From Myxococcota bacterium (GTDB lineage: Bacteria; Myxococcota_A; SURF-8), in NCBI GenBank assembly GCA_963674735.2, contig CAXXQS010000002.1, forward strand, positions 800,001-864,000: a DNA stretch of 64,000 bases, written 5' to 3'. Every line of letters begins with the position of its first letter. Within the stretch, counting starts at the first letter, position 1. The notes under the pieces are model-generated. The model worked only from the letters and a program-made list of their open reading frames with translations, ran no database searches and had not been told where the DNA came from. Below, piece by piece: positions 8,112-18,728 of this stretch. Both the position numbers and the translations under genes were made by a program.

Positions 8112-9788
8112 ATGACGGATTTCAAACTTGCGCCGCATCCGCAGTTCAAAGGCATCGACGGACCGCTTCTGCTCGTCATCCTCGACGGCGTGGGCCTGTA
8201 CAAAGGCCGCGCGGAGGGTTATGAAGGCAACGCGGTCGACCAGGCCAAAACCCCCAACCTCGATCGCCTGATCGAAGAAGCCCCCGTTTTCATGAAGCTC
8301 AAGGCGCACGGCACCGCCGTCGGGCTCCCTTCGGACGGCGATATGGGTAATTCCGAGGTCGGTCACAACGCCTTCGGAGCGGGCCGCGTCTTCGCCCAGG
8401 GAGCCAAGCTGGTAAGCGAAGCCATCGCCACGGGCGAGCTGTTCACCGGAGAAGCCTGGCGCGAATTGACCGGACACGTCAAAGAAAGCGGCGGCGCCTC
8501 CCACCTGCTCGGGCTGCTGTCCGACGGCAACGTGCATAGTCATATCGACCACTTGCTGGCGCTGCTCGACCGTCTGGCCGCCGACGGCGTCCCGCGCGTG
8601 CGAGTCCATCCGCTGGCCGATGGCCGTGATGTCGACCCGGTTTCGTTTCACGTCTACATCGAACGCCTCGAAGCAGCTCTGGCGAAGCTGCGTGCCAAAG
8701 GCTGCGACGCCGTCATCGCCAGCGGTGGCGGACGTATGGCCATCACCATGGACCGCTACAACGCCAACTGGGATATGGTGCGCAAGGGCTGGGAAACACA
8801 TGTTTTAGGACGCGGGCGAACCTTCAAATCGGCGGCCGAAGCCATCGAGACGCTGCGTGCTGAAAACCCGGAGGTCATCGACCAGGACTTGCCGCCCTTT
8901 ATCATCGCCGACGTTTCCGGAGAACCGCTGGGGACGGTCGAAGACGGCGACGCGCTGGTGTTCTTCAACTTCCGTGGCGACCGCGCCATCGAAATTTCAC
9001 GCGCCTTCACCGAAACGGACTTCAACGAATTCGACCGCGAGCGCGTCCCGGATATTCAGTACGCCGGTATGATGCAGTACGACGGCGATCTGCACATCCC
9101 GCCCCGTTTTCTGGTCAACCCGCCGGCTCTGTCGCGTACCGTATCGGAATACCTGGCGAAAAACGGCGTGGCTCAGTTCGCCACCGCCGAAACGCAGAAA
9201 TTCGGGCACGTCACCTACTTCTGGAACGGAAACAATTCCGAGAAGTTCAGCAGCGACCTCGAAACCTGGGTGGAAGTCACCTCCGACGTCATTCCCTTCG
9301 AACAGAAGCCCGAAATGAAGGCGCGCGAAGTGTGTCAAACCCTGCTCGACGCCTTAAAGAGCGGAGACTATCCTTTCCTACGCGTCAATTTCGCCAATGG
9401 CGACATGGTGGGTCACACCGGCGTGCTGTCCGCCGCCATTACCGCCATGGAAGTGGTGGATGAATGCGTGGGCAAACTGGAAGCCGCCATCAAGCAAGTC
9501 GGGGGCACGCTGGTCATCACCGCCGATCACGGCAACTCGGACCAGATGCTGGAAATCGACAAGAAAACCGGCAAGCTCAAGCTCGATAAGGGCGGAAAAC
9601 CCATCGTGAAAACCAGCCACACGCTGTCGCCGGTGCCCTGGATTTTAACCGGAGCCAAGGCCGACGCTTTCACCGCAAACTCCGCAGTCGCCGTTCCCGG
9701 ACTGGCCAACCAAGCCGCCACCGTGCTCCTGTTGCTCGGTTTCACTCCGCCCGACGACTACGAGCCGCCGTTGATTGTGTTGAAGTAG
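8112..9788 (+). CDS. gpmI: 2,3-bisphosphoglycerate-independent phosphoglycerate mutase
   Basis: ILDG, MGNSEVGH, SDGNVHSH, DGRD, NFRGDR, ANGDMVGHTG, TADHGN, TSHT motifs. Confidence 0.96.
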   Translation: MTDFKLAPHPQFKGIDGPLLLVILDGVGLYKGRAEGYEGNAVDQAKTPNLDRLIEEAPVFMKLKAHGTAVGLPSDGDMGNSEVGHNAFGAGRVFAQGAKLVSEAIATGELFTGEAWRELTGHVKESGGASHLLGLLSDGNVHSHIDHLLALLDRLAADGVPRVRVHPLADGRDVDPVSFHVYIERLEAALAKLRAKGCDAVIASGGGRMAITMDRYNANWDMVRKGWETHVLGRGRTFKSAAEAIETLRAENPEVIDQDLPPFIIADVSGEPLGTVEDGDALVFFNFRGDRAIEISRAFTETDFNEFDRERVPDIQYAGMMQYDGDLHIPPRFLVNPPALSRTVSEYLAKNGVAQFATAETQKFGHVTYFWNGNNSEKFSSDLETWVEVTSDVIPFEQKPEMKAREVCQTLLDALKSGDYPFLRVNFANGDMVGHTGVLSAAITAMEVVDECVGKLEAAIKQVGGTLVITADHGNSDQMLEIDKKTGKLKLDKGGKPIVKTSHTLSPVPWILTGAKADAFTANSAVAVPGLANQAATVLLLLGFTPPDDYEPPLIVLK

Positions 9789-9805
9789 CCGTCTGCCTGA
9801 AACAA

Positions 9806-9842
9806 ACAAACGCCCCGATCCATCGATCGAGGCGTTTTTTTT
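9806..9842. terminator. Bidirectional terminator between convergent genes
   Basis: AAACGCCcCGATC...GATCGaGGCGTTT with long T-run and upstream A-rich tract. Confidence 0.75.
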
Positions 9843-9861
9843 ATTAATCCGCAAGCATTCG

Positions 9862-10260
9862 TCAGCGCACATCCAGCCGGATCCAACGGGTGGTCTCGCG
9901 TTCGGCTACCTTGAGCAAGGCGCGAATATCCGCACCGTCGAAGGCCCACAGACGCAAGGCGTCGTCTCCCCAAGCCACCAGCACCCCGTTTTCAAGACTC
10001 CCGTTTTCCCTGCCCTTGACGATGCTCACCGTCACGCCGTCCGGCACCGTTTCGGCCTTCAAGGCTTCTTCGCCATATTGCTCGGCCGCAATTCGGGCCA
10101 GGGCGAAGGCGGTATGCTTACCCGACGAGCCCGCACCGTGCGTGATCGGTCGGACATAGGACTGCGTTTCGAGCGCCGCCTCGGGAATCAGCAAGACTCC
10201 CTTGTCCGCAAGGAAATCCAGCTCGCCGATGCTGACTATGATGTGTGTATCGTCATTCAT
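9862..10260 (-). CDS. Hypothetical protein
   Basis: 132-aa ORF with protein-like composition filling the gap downstream of the RdgC-like gene. Confidence 0.65.
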   Translation of the reverse strand: MNDDTHIIVSIGELDFLADKGVLLIPEAALETQSYVRPITHGAGSSGKHTAFALARIAAEQYGEEALKAETVPDGVTVSIVKGRENGSLENGVLVAWGDDALRLWAFDGADIRALLKVAERETTRWIRLDVR

Positions 10261-10376
10261 GAGCGATTACCCCAAAACCGGTAATTTCATCGGGAGATTA
10301 CCACGGCCAACCCGCTTGCGCCCAGCGTCCGATGCGCCACCTGCGCTCGTTGGTCGGTTTGCCGCACTCCGCATTG

Positions 10377-11543
10377 CTACTTGCTGCGACACCATTTCTG
10401 AATGGCCTCGGCGGTCTCCTTCCATTCCGTATCCAGACGCGCACGAAGGAAATGGGACAGGAGTGAATCGAACATCTGCAAACCCGATTCGACCAGATGC
10501 ATGCGTTCATAAAAAACCGCATCGCGTTCATCGCGCTCATCGGTCAGTTCGTCTTTTTCAACATGCACCTTGGGCGTCTTGTAAGATGTGAAGTGGAAGG
10601 TCTCGCCCTTGAGCGTCATTGCCCACACATCCTCGCCCTTCTCCATGTAAAGCGTCGCCTCCCCGATCGCGTGCCCCAAGCGCAAGGCGGCCCGCAACTC
10701 CTTGAATTTCTCCATCGGACCTACGTAGGTGATGCGTCGTTCGCCTTCGCCCACCGCACCGGCGGCCACCACGCGGCTGTCGGCATGTGCCACGAAACCT
10801 TCGCCTTCGAGCGCCGGACCCTCCTGGTTGATGCTGTACACCCCATCCTCTTCTTCGCTGCGGTAAATCATCCAAAGCAGAAATTCCTGCCCCAGCCAGC
10901 GGTTATCCTTGATGAGATCCACCACGTGGTCGGACGCCGCCTGGTTGTGCTGCGCCAACGCTCGATGCCGTTTGGCGGGCAGCACCCGTTGAGCTCGATA
11001 GAAGGGATACACACTCAGCAGGGACAAGCCATCGAAGGTCGAGGAAAACAGCTTCTCCACCGCATCGATCCGGTTGGTGGCCAAAGTGGACATAAAGACG
11101 GTCTTCTGCTCGACATTCCACACCACATCGAGCATCTGCGGCGTCGGCAAGGTTTTCGATAACAGCGCCTGGTGCAGCATCTCGCGCATCTCCAGCTTGC
11201 GTTCGCGCGGCACCCAATTCAGATTCGGATGCTCGGCCAGCCAGCGGCGACATTCGAGGTCGAGACGATTTTTCAGTAGCACCCGAGGCACTTTGCGTTC
11301 GTCGTGACGGAAACTCAAACACACGTAAGGCGGCCGCCAGAATCCCCGGAAATCGTCGAAATCGATGGCGTTCATGTCGTCCAGACCGGTAAAACCCTCC
11401 GATTTTTCCGCTGAAACGTCATCGATGGGACGAAAAGCCCCGCGCTTGAGTCGCGACGCCAACCAGGACTCCAGCCCGTCCTCCGGAATCTGCCCAATGA
11501 CCTGAAATTCGGCCAGGCTGACCGTATTTCCCATGATGCCCAT
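10377..11543 (-). CDS. RdgC-like recombination-associated protein (deltaproteobacterial two-domain form)
   Basis: AFRPID...SEGF, LSFRHDERKVP, LLSKTLPTP...DVVWN, LGQEFLLW motifs. Confidence 0.75.
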   Translation of the reverse strand: MGIMGNTVSLAEFQVIGQIPEDGLESWLASRLKRGAFRPIDDVSAEKSEGFTGLDDMNAIDFDDFRGFWRPPYVCLSFRHDERKVPRVLLKNRLDLECRRWLAEHPNLNWVPRERKLEMREMLHQALLSKTLPTPQMLDVVWNVEQKTVFMSTLATNRIDAVEKLFSSTFDGLSLLSVYPFYRAQRVLPAKRHRALAQHNQAASDHVVDLIKDNRWLGQEFLLWMIYRSEEEDGVYSINQEGPALEGEGFVAHADSRVVAAGAVGEGERRITYVGPMEKFKELRAALRLGHAIGEATLYMEKGEDVWAMTLKGETFHFTSYKTPKVHVEKDELTDERDERDAVFYERMHLVESGLQMFDSLLSHFLRARLDTEWKETAEAIQKWCRSK

Positions 11544-11569
11544 AGGTGCTGCTCCTCTTGCGTAATCCG

Positions 11570-13912
11570 CTAACGGCGCTTGAGCGCCGCAAAGGGGTTG
11601 TTCGAAAATCCGTCACCGCCACCCTGCGTCTTCTTGGACGACGATCGCTTAGCCGCCTTGCCCGCTTTGGCCGATCCTCGACCGGGCTCGGGGGAAGAAG
11701 CCGCAGTCGGTCGAGCCTGAGCATCGGAGCGCGGAGCGCTTTCTTTACGCGCCGACAAACCGATGCGCTTACGAGCCAGGTCCACATCGAGCACCCGCAC
11801 CTTGATGCGGTCGCCCACGGCCACCACCTCGCGCGGGTCTTTCACGAAGCGGTCGGCCAGCTCCGAAATATGCACCAAGCCGTCCTGATGGACGCCCACA
11901 TCCACAAAGGCCCCGAAAACCGTCACGTTGGTCACCACTCCTTCCAGTTCCATGCCTGCCTTCAAGTCGCCGATTTCGGTGACATCTTCCCGGAAGGCGG
12001 GCAATTCGAAGGCCTTGCGCGGATCGCGACCGGGCTTTTTCAGCTCGTCCACGATATCGCGCAACGTGGGCTCTCCCACGTCGTCCCCGACGTAACGATG
12101 GACGTCGATGCGCTCGACCAAAGCGGTATCGCCCATGAGTTCATGCAGCTTGACTCCCAGGTCCAGGGCCATGCGCTCCACCAAAGGGTAGCGTTCGGGG
12201 TGAACCGCCGAGGCGTCCAGCGGATGATCGCCGCCACGCACGCGCAGAAAACCGGCGGCCTGTTCGAAGGCGCGCGGCCCCAAGCCCGTGACCTTCAGTA
12301 GAGCTTTACGCCCGTTAAACGCGCCATTCGCATCGCGATAGGCAATGATATTTTTCGCAACCGATGGCCGCAAGCCGGCCACGCGCGCCAATAACGGCGA
12401 GCTGGCGGTATTGAGTTCGACACCCACCCGGTTAACGCAACTTTCCACCACATCATCCAACTTGCGCGCCAGAAGCGGCTGGTAGACGTCGTGCTGGTAC
12501 TGCCCGACACCGATCGCTTTGGGATCGATCTTCACCAGTTCCGCCAGCGGATCTTGCAAGCGCCGCGCAATCGATACGGCGCCGCGCACCGAGACATCCA
12601 GTTCCGGGAATTCTTCGCGTGCGATATCCGAAGCCGAATACACGCTGGCCCCCGACTCGTTGACCGGCAGCACGGCGACATCCGTAATCCCCACACTTTT
12701 CAGCGTCTCCCGCACCAGGGCTTCGGTCTCGCGCCCGGCCGTTCCGTTTCCCACCCCGATCACCTGCGAGCCATGGCGTGCCAGCGCAGCGAGTATGGCT
12801 TGGCGGGCCGACTCACGTTCGCAGGCTCCACGCGCCGGATAAATGGTGAAATGCTCCAGCAGTTTTCCGGTGGCGTCGAGCACAACGCATTTGCAGCCGG
12901 TGCGAATGCCCGGGTCGACCCCCAGAACCGGCTTTTCGCCGAGCGGAGGCGCCAAGAGCAGATCGCGCATGTTATCGGCGAACACCTCCACCGCCGCATC
13001 GTCGGAACGCATCTTGAGCTCGACGCGCACATCGCTGTCGATACTGGGAGCCACCAGCCGTTTATAGCCATCGGCGATGGCTTCGCGCATCGGCCCGGCA
13101 AAAGGCGAGCGTTCGTTCAAACCCATGATTTGCTCGATAGCGGACAAAAGCGGTTCGACAGTGAGTTCGATACGTACCCGCAGCACGTTTTCGCTTTCTC
13201 CGCGCCGAATCGCCAGATAGCGATGCGAAGGGATGCTTTGCACCGGCTCACGAAAATCGTAATACTGCTCGAATTTGGTCACCGCCTCGCGTTGATCGGG
13301 GACGACTTCCGACACCAGCATGCCTTGTCGAACGAACGCCCGGCGCACCAGACTGCGCACTTCGGCATTTTCCGCCATCGCCTCGGCCACCACGTCGCGG
13401 GCCCCGGCCAAGGCCGCCGTACTGTCGGGTACATCCAGCTCGGCATTTACAAAGGCCTCCGCCTCGCTCAGCGGATCGCCGGTATCGGGCTGTTCCAGCA
13501 CACGATCGGCCAAGGCTTGCAGGCCGCGCTCGCGGGCAATGGCGGCCCGCGTACGACGTTTGGGCTTGTAGGGCAGGTAAAGATCTTCCAAGACGGTTTT
13601 GCTGGTACAGGCGACAATCCGCGCCCGCAGGTCGTCGGTCAACTTGCCCTGATCGTCGATGGTGCCGAGAATCGTTTGACGACGATTTTCGAGATCCGTG
13701 AAATAGGCGTGACGCTCTTCGATGCTGCGAATCTGCACCTCATCGAGTCCGCCCGTGGCTTCCTTGCGATAGCGGGCGATAAACGGCACGGTATTGCCAT
13801 CGGTCAAAAGGGCAATAACCGACGCGATGGAACGCGCCGTCAGTTTCAGCTCCGCCTCTAACAGTTTAACCGCATCGAACGCGGTTTCATATCCCTTGGC
13901 GTTTCCGCTCAT
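11570..13912 (-). CDS. tex: Tex family RNA-binding transcriptional accessory protein
   Basis: GNTVPFIARYRKEATG, LEDLYLPYKPKRRTRA, DPGIRTGCK, NESGASVYSAS, RRLQDPLAELVKIDPKAIGVGQYQHD, C-terminal S1 domain. Confidence 0.95.
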   Translation of the reverse strand: MSGNAKGYETAFDAVKLLEAELKLTARSIASVIALLTDGNTVPFIARYRKEATGGLDEVQIRSIEERHAYFTDLENRRQTILGTIDDQGKLTDDLRARIVACTSKTVLEDLYLPYKPKRRTRAAIARERGLQALADRVLEQPDTGDPLSEAEAFVNAELDVPDSTAALAGARDVVAEAMAENAEVRSLVRRAFVRQGMLVSEVVPDQREAVTKFEQYYDFREPVQSIPSHRYLAIRRGESENVLRVRIELTVEPLLSAIEQIMGLNERSPFAGPMREAIADGYKRLVAPSIDSDVRVELKMRSDDAAVEVFADNMRDLLLAPPLGEKPVLGVDPGIRTGCKCVVLDATGKLLEHFTIYPARGACERESARQAILAALARHGSQVIGVGNGTAGRETEALVRETLKSVGITDVAVLPVNESGASVYSASDIAREEFPELDVSVRGAVSIARRLQDPLAELVKIDPKAIGVGQYQHDVYQPLLARKLDDVVESCVNRVGVELNTASSPLLARVAGLRPSVAKNIIAYRDANGAFNGRKALLKVTGLGPRAFEQAAGFLRVRGGDHPLDASAVHPERYPLVERMALDLGVKLHELMGDTALVERIDVHRYVGDDVGEPTLRDIVDELKKPGRDPRKAFELPAFREDVTEIGDLKAGMELEGVVTNVTVFGAFVDVGVHQDGLVHISELADRFVKDPREVVAVGDRIKVRVLDVDLARKRIGLSARKESAPRSDAQARPTAASSPEPGRGSAKAGKAAKRSSSKKTQGGGDGFSNNPFAALKRR

Positions 13913-14079
13913 CTTCAAACTCCTCAACCCCGTTGCAACGGATCCAATTCCGGAACGGCCTACTTTGCCATACTTGTTTGCGGAAGGAAAGCTTTCAATG
14001 TTAGGCTGCAGGCTCCGGCAGACGGGCGAAAAGCCCTCTGTCACGCAAGCGATTGGAATTATTCTTTTTCGAGGTTTCA

Positions 14080-14748
14080 TTGGCGAAGAACGATCTGAAA
14101 CAACTTTACGACGACGCCTTTTTCGAGCTTTGGGGCGCCCACAATCGCGACTACGTCCGCTCGGCTCGCACCGTGGCGGATTGTCTTTTCGAGCAATACC
14201 GGCCTGCGACCGTGCTGGACCTGGGTTGCGGCGCCGGCTTCCATTGCGCCCGGCTGATCGAACACGGCGTACAGGTGGTGGCCGCCGACTGGAGCGCCTG
14301 CCCGCTTGAAACCCGCGCCCCCGGCCTCGATCACATCGAAACCGTGGACCTCGGCCGCCCTTTGCCGGACGACCGTTTTCCGCAAGTCGATCTGGTTTTG
14401 TGCCTGGATGTGGCCGAGCACCTGCCACCGGAGCAATCCCAAGCCATCGTGGACAACTGCACCCGTTTTTCAGACCTGGTGGCGTTCTCGGCCGCTCCGC
14501 CGGGCCAGGGAGGCGTGGGACATGTCAACGAACAGCCGCGCCGCTACTGGTTTGAACGCTTCAACAAAGCCCGTTTTCGTCACTGTCGAAAAGAATCGGG
14601 GTGGCTGGACGTTCGTGGACTGGCTCTGCGCGACGTCATCACCCTACGCTGGATGATCACCCAGGTCGCCATTTTCCGCCGTGGACCGCGTTGGCCCTAT
14701 CCTCCCATGCGTTGTCCGGGACACCCGCCCACAGAGCTACTGGGCTGA
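14080..14748 (+). CDS. Class I SAM-dependent methyltransferase
   Basis: VLDLGCGAG, DLVLCLDVAEHL, FSAAPPGQGGVGHVNEQ; TTG start after GAGG. Confidence 0.85.
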   Translation: MAKNDLKQLYDDAFFELWGAHNRDYVRSARTVADCLFEQYRPATVLDLGCGAGFHCARLIEHGVQVVAADWSACPLETRAPGLDHIETVDLGRPLPDDRFPQVDLVLCLDVAEHLPPEQSQAIVDNCTRFSDLVAFSAAPPGQGGVGHVNEQPRRYWFERFNKARFRHCRKESGWLDVRGLALRDVITLRWMITQVAIFRRGPRWPYPPMRCPGHPPTELLG

Positions 14749-14789
14749 TTTCCGGCAATCTTGGCCCAAAAATACCTGATTCCACACAG

Positions 14790-14818
14790 AAAAACGGGAG
14801 ACCTTTCGATCTCCCGTG
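14790..14818 (-). terminator. Terminator hairpin
   Basis: ACGGGAGA...TCTCCCGT with A-run on the left, downstream of the minus-strand lipoprotein gene. Confidence 0.6.
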
Positions 14819-14849
14819 GTAGACGGATTCAGGCTCAAACCCATATGGA

Positions 14850-16052
14850 TTACAAAGCCAATTCCCCTTCGATGGCGTCCACGAGACCGCTCGGCAAACA
14901 GGCTTTGTGATCGCCGAAGAAGCTGTCCTTCACATCCTGCTCCATCAGGCCGCGATCCACCCAACTCTGCGGATCGAGGCACAATTGGCCGTCGGCCGGG
15001 CGGCAATCGCCGGTAACCTCGCACTCACGCAGACAAAGATCGACGACTTCGTAACCTTCGCCCACAAAGCCTGCATTGACGCAAAATCCCTTGATATCTT
15101 CCGTGCAAGGTGCGCAGCTCATGGCCGAACAATAACCGTTCGCCACATCGATCGTCGTTCCGCCCCCCAACAGGCTGGAGATCAGGCTGGTTGTGAGACA
15201 GAAATTGGTGGCACACTCATCGGCCTCGACACAGGCCGCTCCCGCTTCGCCATCTTCGGGCGGTGTGCCGTCTCCCACGGCCGGAGTCAGCTGAATCGTG
15301 TAGCTGTAATCACCCGACGCATCGGCGGCGAAGCTGTCCATCACGATGTAATAATCCCCGTCGGAAAGGGCGCTGAACGCCAAAATCTCCTGTTCGCCGG
15401 TCGGTTTATCGTTGACGAACTTGGAGCAGGTGACCGTGTCATCGCAACCGTTCTCCAACACATAAATCAAGGCGTCGAAGTCCGCACCGCCAAAGGCCAC
15501 CTGCAGAGTATCACCCACAACCATGGGAATCGACACCACCACTTCGGGGCCTGCACCGGACTGTAAAACCGGAGCAATTTCGCCATCGTCGTCCTGATCG
15601 CCATCCACCGTTGCATCGGTATCGCCATCGCTGGCGTCAGTCTCCAATTCCGCATCGCTATCCGCGTCCTCTACGGTTTCGGCAGACTCGGCAACCTCGG
15701 AATCTTCCACGCTTTCAGTATCTTCCGCATCGCCATCCAGACGCCAGCGCGCCGTCGGTTCGACGACGGGCACGGCACAGGCCACACCGGTTACGACGGA
15801 AGCATCACTCAACTCGCCCTCGCCTTCCATCTCCAGCGCCCGGCCGTCCGCTCCGTGAATGAACGGTTCGTCACAGCCACCGGAGCCCGTGACCGGAACA
15901 TCTCCGTCCACCGGAGCATCGCCGTCGGCACTTTCTCCGTCGCCATCCACCATGTCGGCAAATTGGCCATAGCCCTGGTAATCGCAACCACTCACCATGA
16001 ACGCCATCAGCAGCGCTACTCCGATCAACAATGTCCATTGGGCCGATTTCAT
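14850..16052 (-). CDS. Cys-rich lipoprotein with DGD-rich linkers and PPC-like beta domain
   Basis: Lipobox MVSGC; DGDGESADGDAPVDGD; FDALIYVL...GDYYIVMDSF domain; Cys-rich C-terminus. Confidence 0.75.
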   Translation of the reverse strand: MKSAQWTLLIGVALLMAFMVSGCDYQGYGQFADMVDGDGESADGDAPVDGDVPVTGSGGCDEPFIHGADGRALEMEGEGELSDASVVTGVACAVPVVEPTARWRLDGDAEDTESVEDSEVAESAETVEDADSDAELETDASDGDTDATVDGDQDDDGEIAPVLQSGAGPEVVVSIPMVVGDTLQVAFGGADFDALIYVLENGCDDTVTCSKFVNDKPTGEQEILAFSALSDGDYYIVMDSFAADASGDYSYTIQLTPAVGDGTPPEDGEAGAACVEADECATNFCLTTSLISSLLGGGTTIDVANGYCSAMSCAPCTEDIKGFCVNAGFVGEGYEVVDLCLRECEVTGDCRPADGQLCLDPQSWVDRGLMEQDVKDSFFGDHKACLPSGLVDAIEGELAL

Positions 16053-16374
16053 CCTTTTCCCCTCCTCGCCGATTCCGAACCTCCCTATTTACCGCTCGTG
16101 TTCGCGCAGAATGGCTCGGCTGTCATTTTGATTTGACGGTGCAGATCAAACGGAACGCAAGATTGCGCAACTCCGTCATGCTCGCGAGTATAGCCAAACC
16201 CGATACCCGGTGGCAAGATTTTCACGTGGTTTTTTTAATAAAATCAAAATTCTTGCAACCTTATGCCTCTCTCCCTTTCGACAGCCCAGATCTGACACGC
16301 GGTTAAAAAAGAGTGGCGAGAGTCGCTTTCACTAGGTATAATGAACCACTGTGTAGTGAGGACTGGAGAGGCGC

Positions 16375-18393
16375 ATGGCCGTAGGTTCGCAATTGGGACA
16401 AGTTCTGGTGGATGCGGGTGTCCTCGATGAGGCACAGCATGAAGGATATACTGCCCGTGCGCGACGCGAACAGAAATCACTCCCAATCCTACTGATGGAA
16501 GATGGTTTATGCTCGGATGAAGAAATTGCCAAAACCTTGAGTATCCACTTGGGCTTGCCATTCGTCCAACTCGACCAGATTCGTATCCCCGGTTACGTAG
16601 CCAAAATTCTAACGCGTGAACAATCCGAGAAATACTGGGCGATTCCGGTTTCCTTCAAACGCGAGGGCGGCCAGGATGTTTTATACGTCGCCTTCCTCGA
16701 TCCAACCAGTGACGAAATCCTGCAAGAGATTCAGCAAAGTACCCATCGCACCATCCGTCCGGTCGTCTCCACTTACGCACACATCCGTGCCGCGATCGAT
16801 CGCTATCAGGTACCGCTTAAAGGACGTAAAAGCGTGCTGCGGGCTCGGCGACAAGCCCGAGAGCTGGAAGAAGACAACCAGGCGCGTCAGCTTACCGGTC
16901 ACGGCAAACCGGTTTCCACCGAATATGGAAGCAGCGAAGAAATCGCCGCACCGCCCGTCCAGGATATCGAGGTCTATGAAGATCTGGGGTTGCCTGAAGT
17001 TCCCGGCGATCAAGCGCCACCTTCGCCGCCCCCTTCTCCGATTTCGGAAACACCCGAAATCGAGGTCGAGGCCGTCGACGAAATACCCGATGGAGCCGAT
17101 GTGGTTCCGGTGGACGCTCCTCGCACCACTCCGACCACCGGTATCGAAGTGGCGGATCCGACACAAGATGATGACGAATCGGTCGAAGCTGAAATCGATC
17201 TGGAACTCGATTTTTCCGAGGAAGATCTCGGTCTCGATGCCACTTCCGCTACCAGTGAGCCCGACACCCAGCCGGTCCCCGAGGCCAAAGCGGATATCGA
17301 CCCGATGGACGATTTCGAGCTGGAGGCCGAACTGGAAATGGATAGCCCTCCCGCTACGCAAACCGACTCCACCGAAAACAGCGGGATGATGGAGTTTTTA
17401 AGCCTCGACCTGGACAAACTCGGCGCTGAAGATAACGACATCTTGCGTCGTCAGTCCGAGGCCAAGAGTGTCCGACAACGAGTTGCGTTCGGAGTGGAGA
17501 ACCCGGATAAAAAGGAACAAGCATCCGAAAAAAGCAACGACGCGCGAGCGCAAGACGAAACGGATGCCTTCGACAATTTCGACCTGGATCTGGATTCCTC
17601 AAACGAAAAGCCCACCGACAAAGCCGATTCATGGACCGATGACATGGATCTCGACTTCGAACTCGGCGATGAAAACGACAGCAAGGTGGACCTCCACGAT
17701 TCGGGCATCACACTCGCTTCCAGCGACAAAGAAGGCTCGGAAGGCGTACACCTCGATGAGGATGAAGAAGACTTCGATGCCTTCGATTTCGATATCCCCG
17801 AAGCCCCCGAATTCGATGGAGGCTCCAGTAGTGGCAGTTTCGCCTCCGTCCAATCCGATGAACAAGAATCCGCTCCGAACTCATCCGATCAACTTGAATC
17901 CTATTCCATCGAGTTGGAAGACAGCAGCCCATCTATCCCGGCCGTAAACGGCAACAATGAAACGGATGACTGGAGCCTGGACATCGATGCCTTGATCGAA
18001 AGTCGCACGGATACCCCAATCGTCCAGGAAGAACCGGTTTCCGACTTCGAAGATGCCGCCCGTAAACTGGATTCATTGCTGTCCGATATGGACGAAGCAC
18101 CCTCTTCGGAAGTTGAGCGCGAAGAAACCCAGGTCGATCCGGCGATTATCGAACAGCTATTGAAGCTGGCACAGACTGAAACCAAGGAAGAGGGCGGTTC
18201 CGACGAAGACGTGGAATTTATCTATTCTTTTTTGAACGGGAAACTAAGCGGCGAAAGCATCGATGACCCGCGCATGCAGAAACTGCAAACCATTCTTTCC
18301 GCCATGACTCAAGCCCTGATCGAAAAGGGCGTCATCGAAGAGCCTGATTTCCTAAAGGCTTTTTTCGAAAAACAGCTGAACATCAAAGACTGA
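16375..18393 (+). CDS. MshEN/GspE N-terminal domain protein without ATPase, long acidic linker
   Basis: QLGQVLVDAGVL...LLMEDGL...LSIHLGLPFVQL...AIPV...LYVAFLDP; several hundred D/E-rich residues; C-terminal LIEKGVI motif; no Walker A. Confidence 0.8.
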   Translation: MAVGSQLGQVLVDAGVLDEAQHEGYTARARREQKSLPILLMEDGLCSDEEIAKTLSIHLGLPFVQLDQIRIPGYVAKILTREQSEKYWAIPVSFKREGGQDVLYVAFLDPTSDEILQEIQQSTHRTIRPVVSTYAHIRAAIDRYQVPLKGRKSVLRARRQARELEEDNQARQLTGHGKPVSTEYGSSEEIAAPPVQDIEVYEDLGLPEVPGDQAPPSPPPSPISETPEIEVEAVDEIPDGADVVPVDAPRTTPTTGIEVADPTQDDDESVEAEIDLELDFSEEDLGLDATSATSEPDTQPVPEAKADIDPMDDFELEAELEMDSPPATQTDSTENSGMMEFLSLDLDKLGAEDNDILRRQSEAKSVRQRVAFGVENPDKKEQASEKSNDARAQDETDAFDNFDLDLDSSNEKPTDKADSWTDDMDLDFELGDENDSKVDLHDSGITLASSDKEGSEGVHLDEDEEDFDAFDFDIPEAPEFDGGSSSGSFASVQSDEQESAPNSSDQLESYSIELEDSSPSIPAVNGNNETDDWSLDIDALIESRTDTPIVQEEPVSDFEDAARKLDSLLSDMDEAPSSEVEREETQVDPAIIEQLLKLAQTETKEEGGSDEDVEFIYSFLNGKLSGESIDDPRMQKLQTILSAMTQALIEKGVIEEPDFLKAFFEKQLNIKD

Positions 18394-18497
18394 TCTGACG
18401 CAATCCGGTTTCCCATAGGACTTTCGCCATGCTTCAAGCAAGAATCGCTTGAAGGTGCGTAACGAAGGCGGATACGGAGAATCAATCGTTTAATCGT

Positions 18498-18728
18498 TTA
18501 GTCCAACGAAACGATTTCGTGCACGGAGCCCGGACAAGCGTTTTCAAGGGTACGATGAATATCGGCGGTAAGACGTTCCAATTGGCGCGGGCAACCCTGA
18601 CAACGATTTTCCACACGCACGGCCAACACGCCGTCGGTGAAATCGACCACCTGGATACGGGCAGCCGGTTGATCCAGGTGGGTAACCCAATCACTCAGTA
18701 ATTTCTCGATGTGTTCCTGCGTTGTCAT
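18498..18728 (-). CDS. Small NifU C-terminal-like protein
   Basis: IQVVDFTDGVLAVRVENRCQGCP resembles the NifU-C CxxC motif; AGGAGG RBS. Confidence 0.6.
   Translation of the reverse strand: MTTQEHIEKLLSDWVTHLDQPAARIQVVDFTDGVLAVRVENRCQGCPRQLERLTADIHRTLENACPGSVHEIVSLD

Noticed and set aside
13913-14428. 172-aa N-terminal extension of Tex
   Set aside because: Overlaps the divergent methyltransferase; ATG 13912 has a GAGGAG RBS and Tex similarity begins after it.
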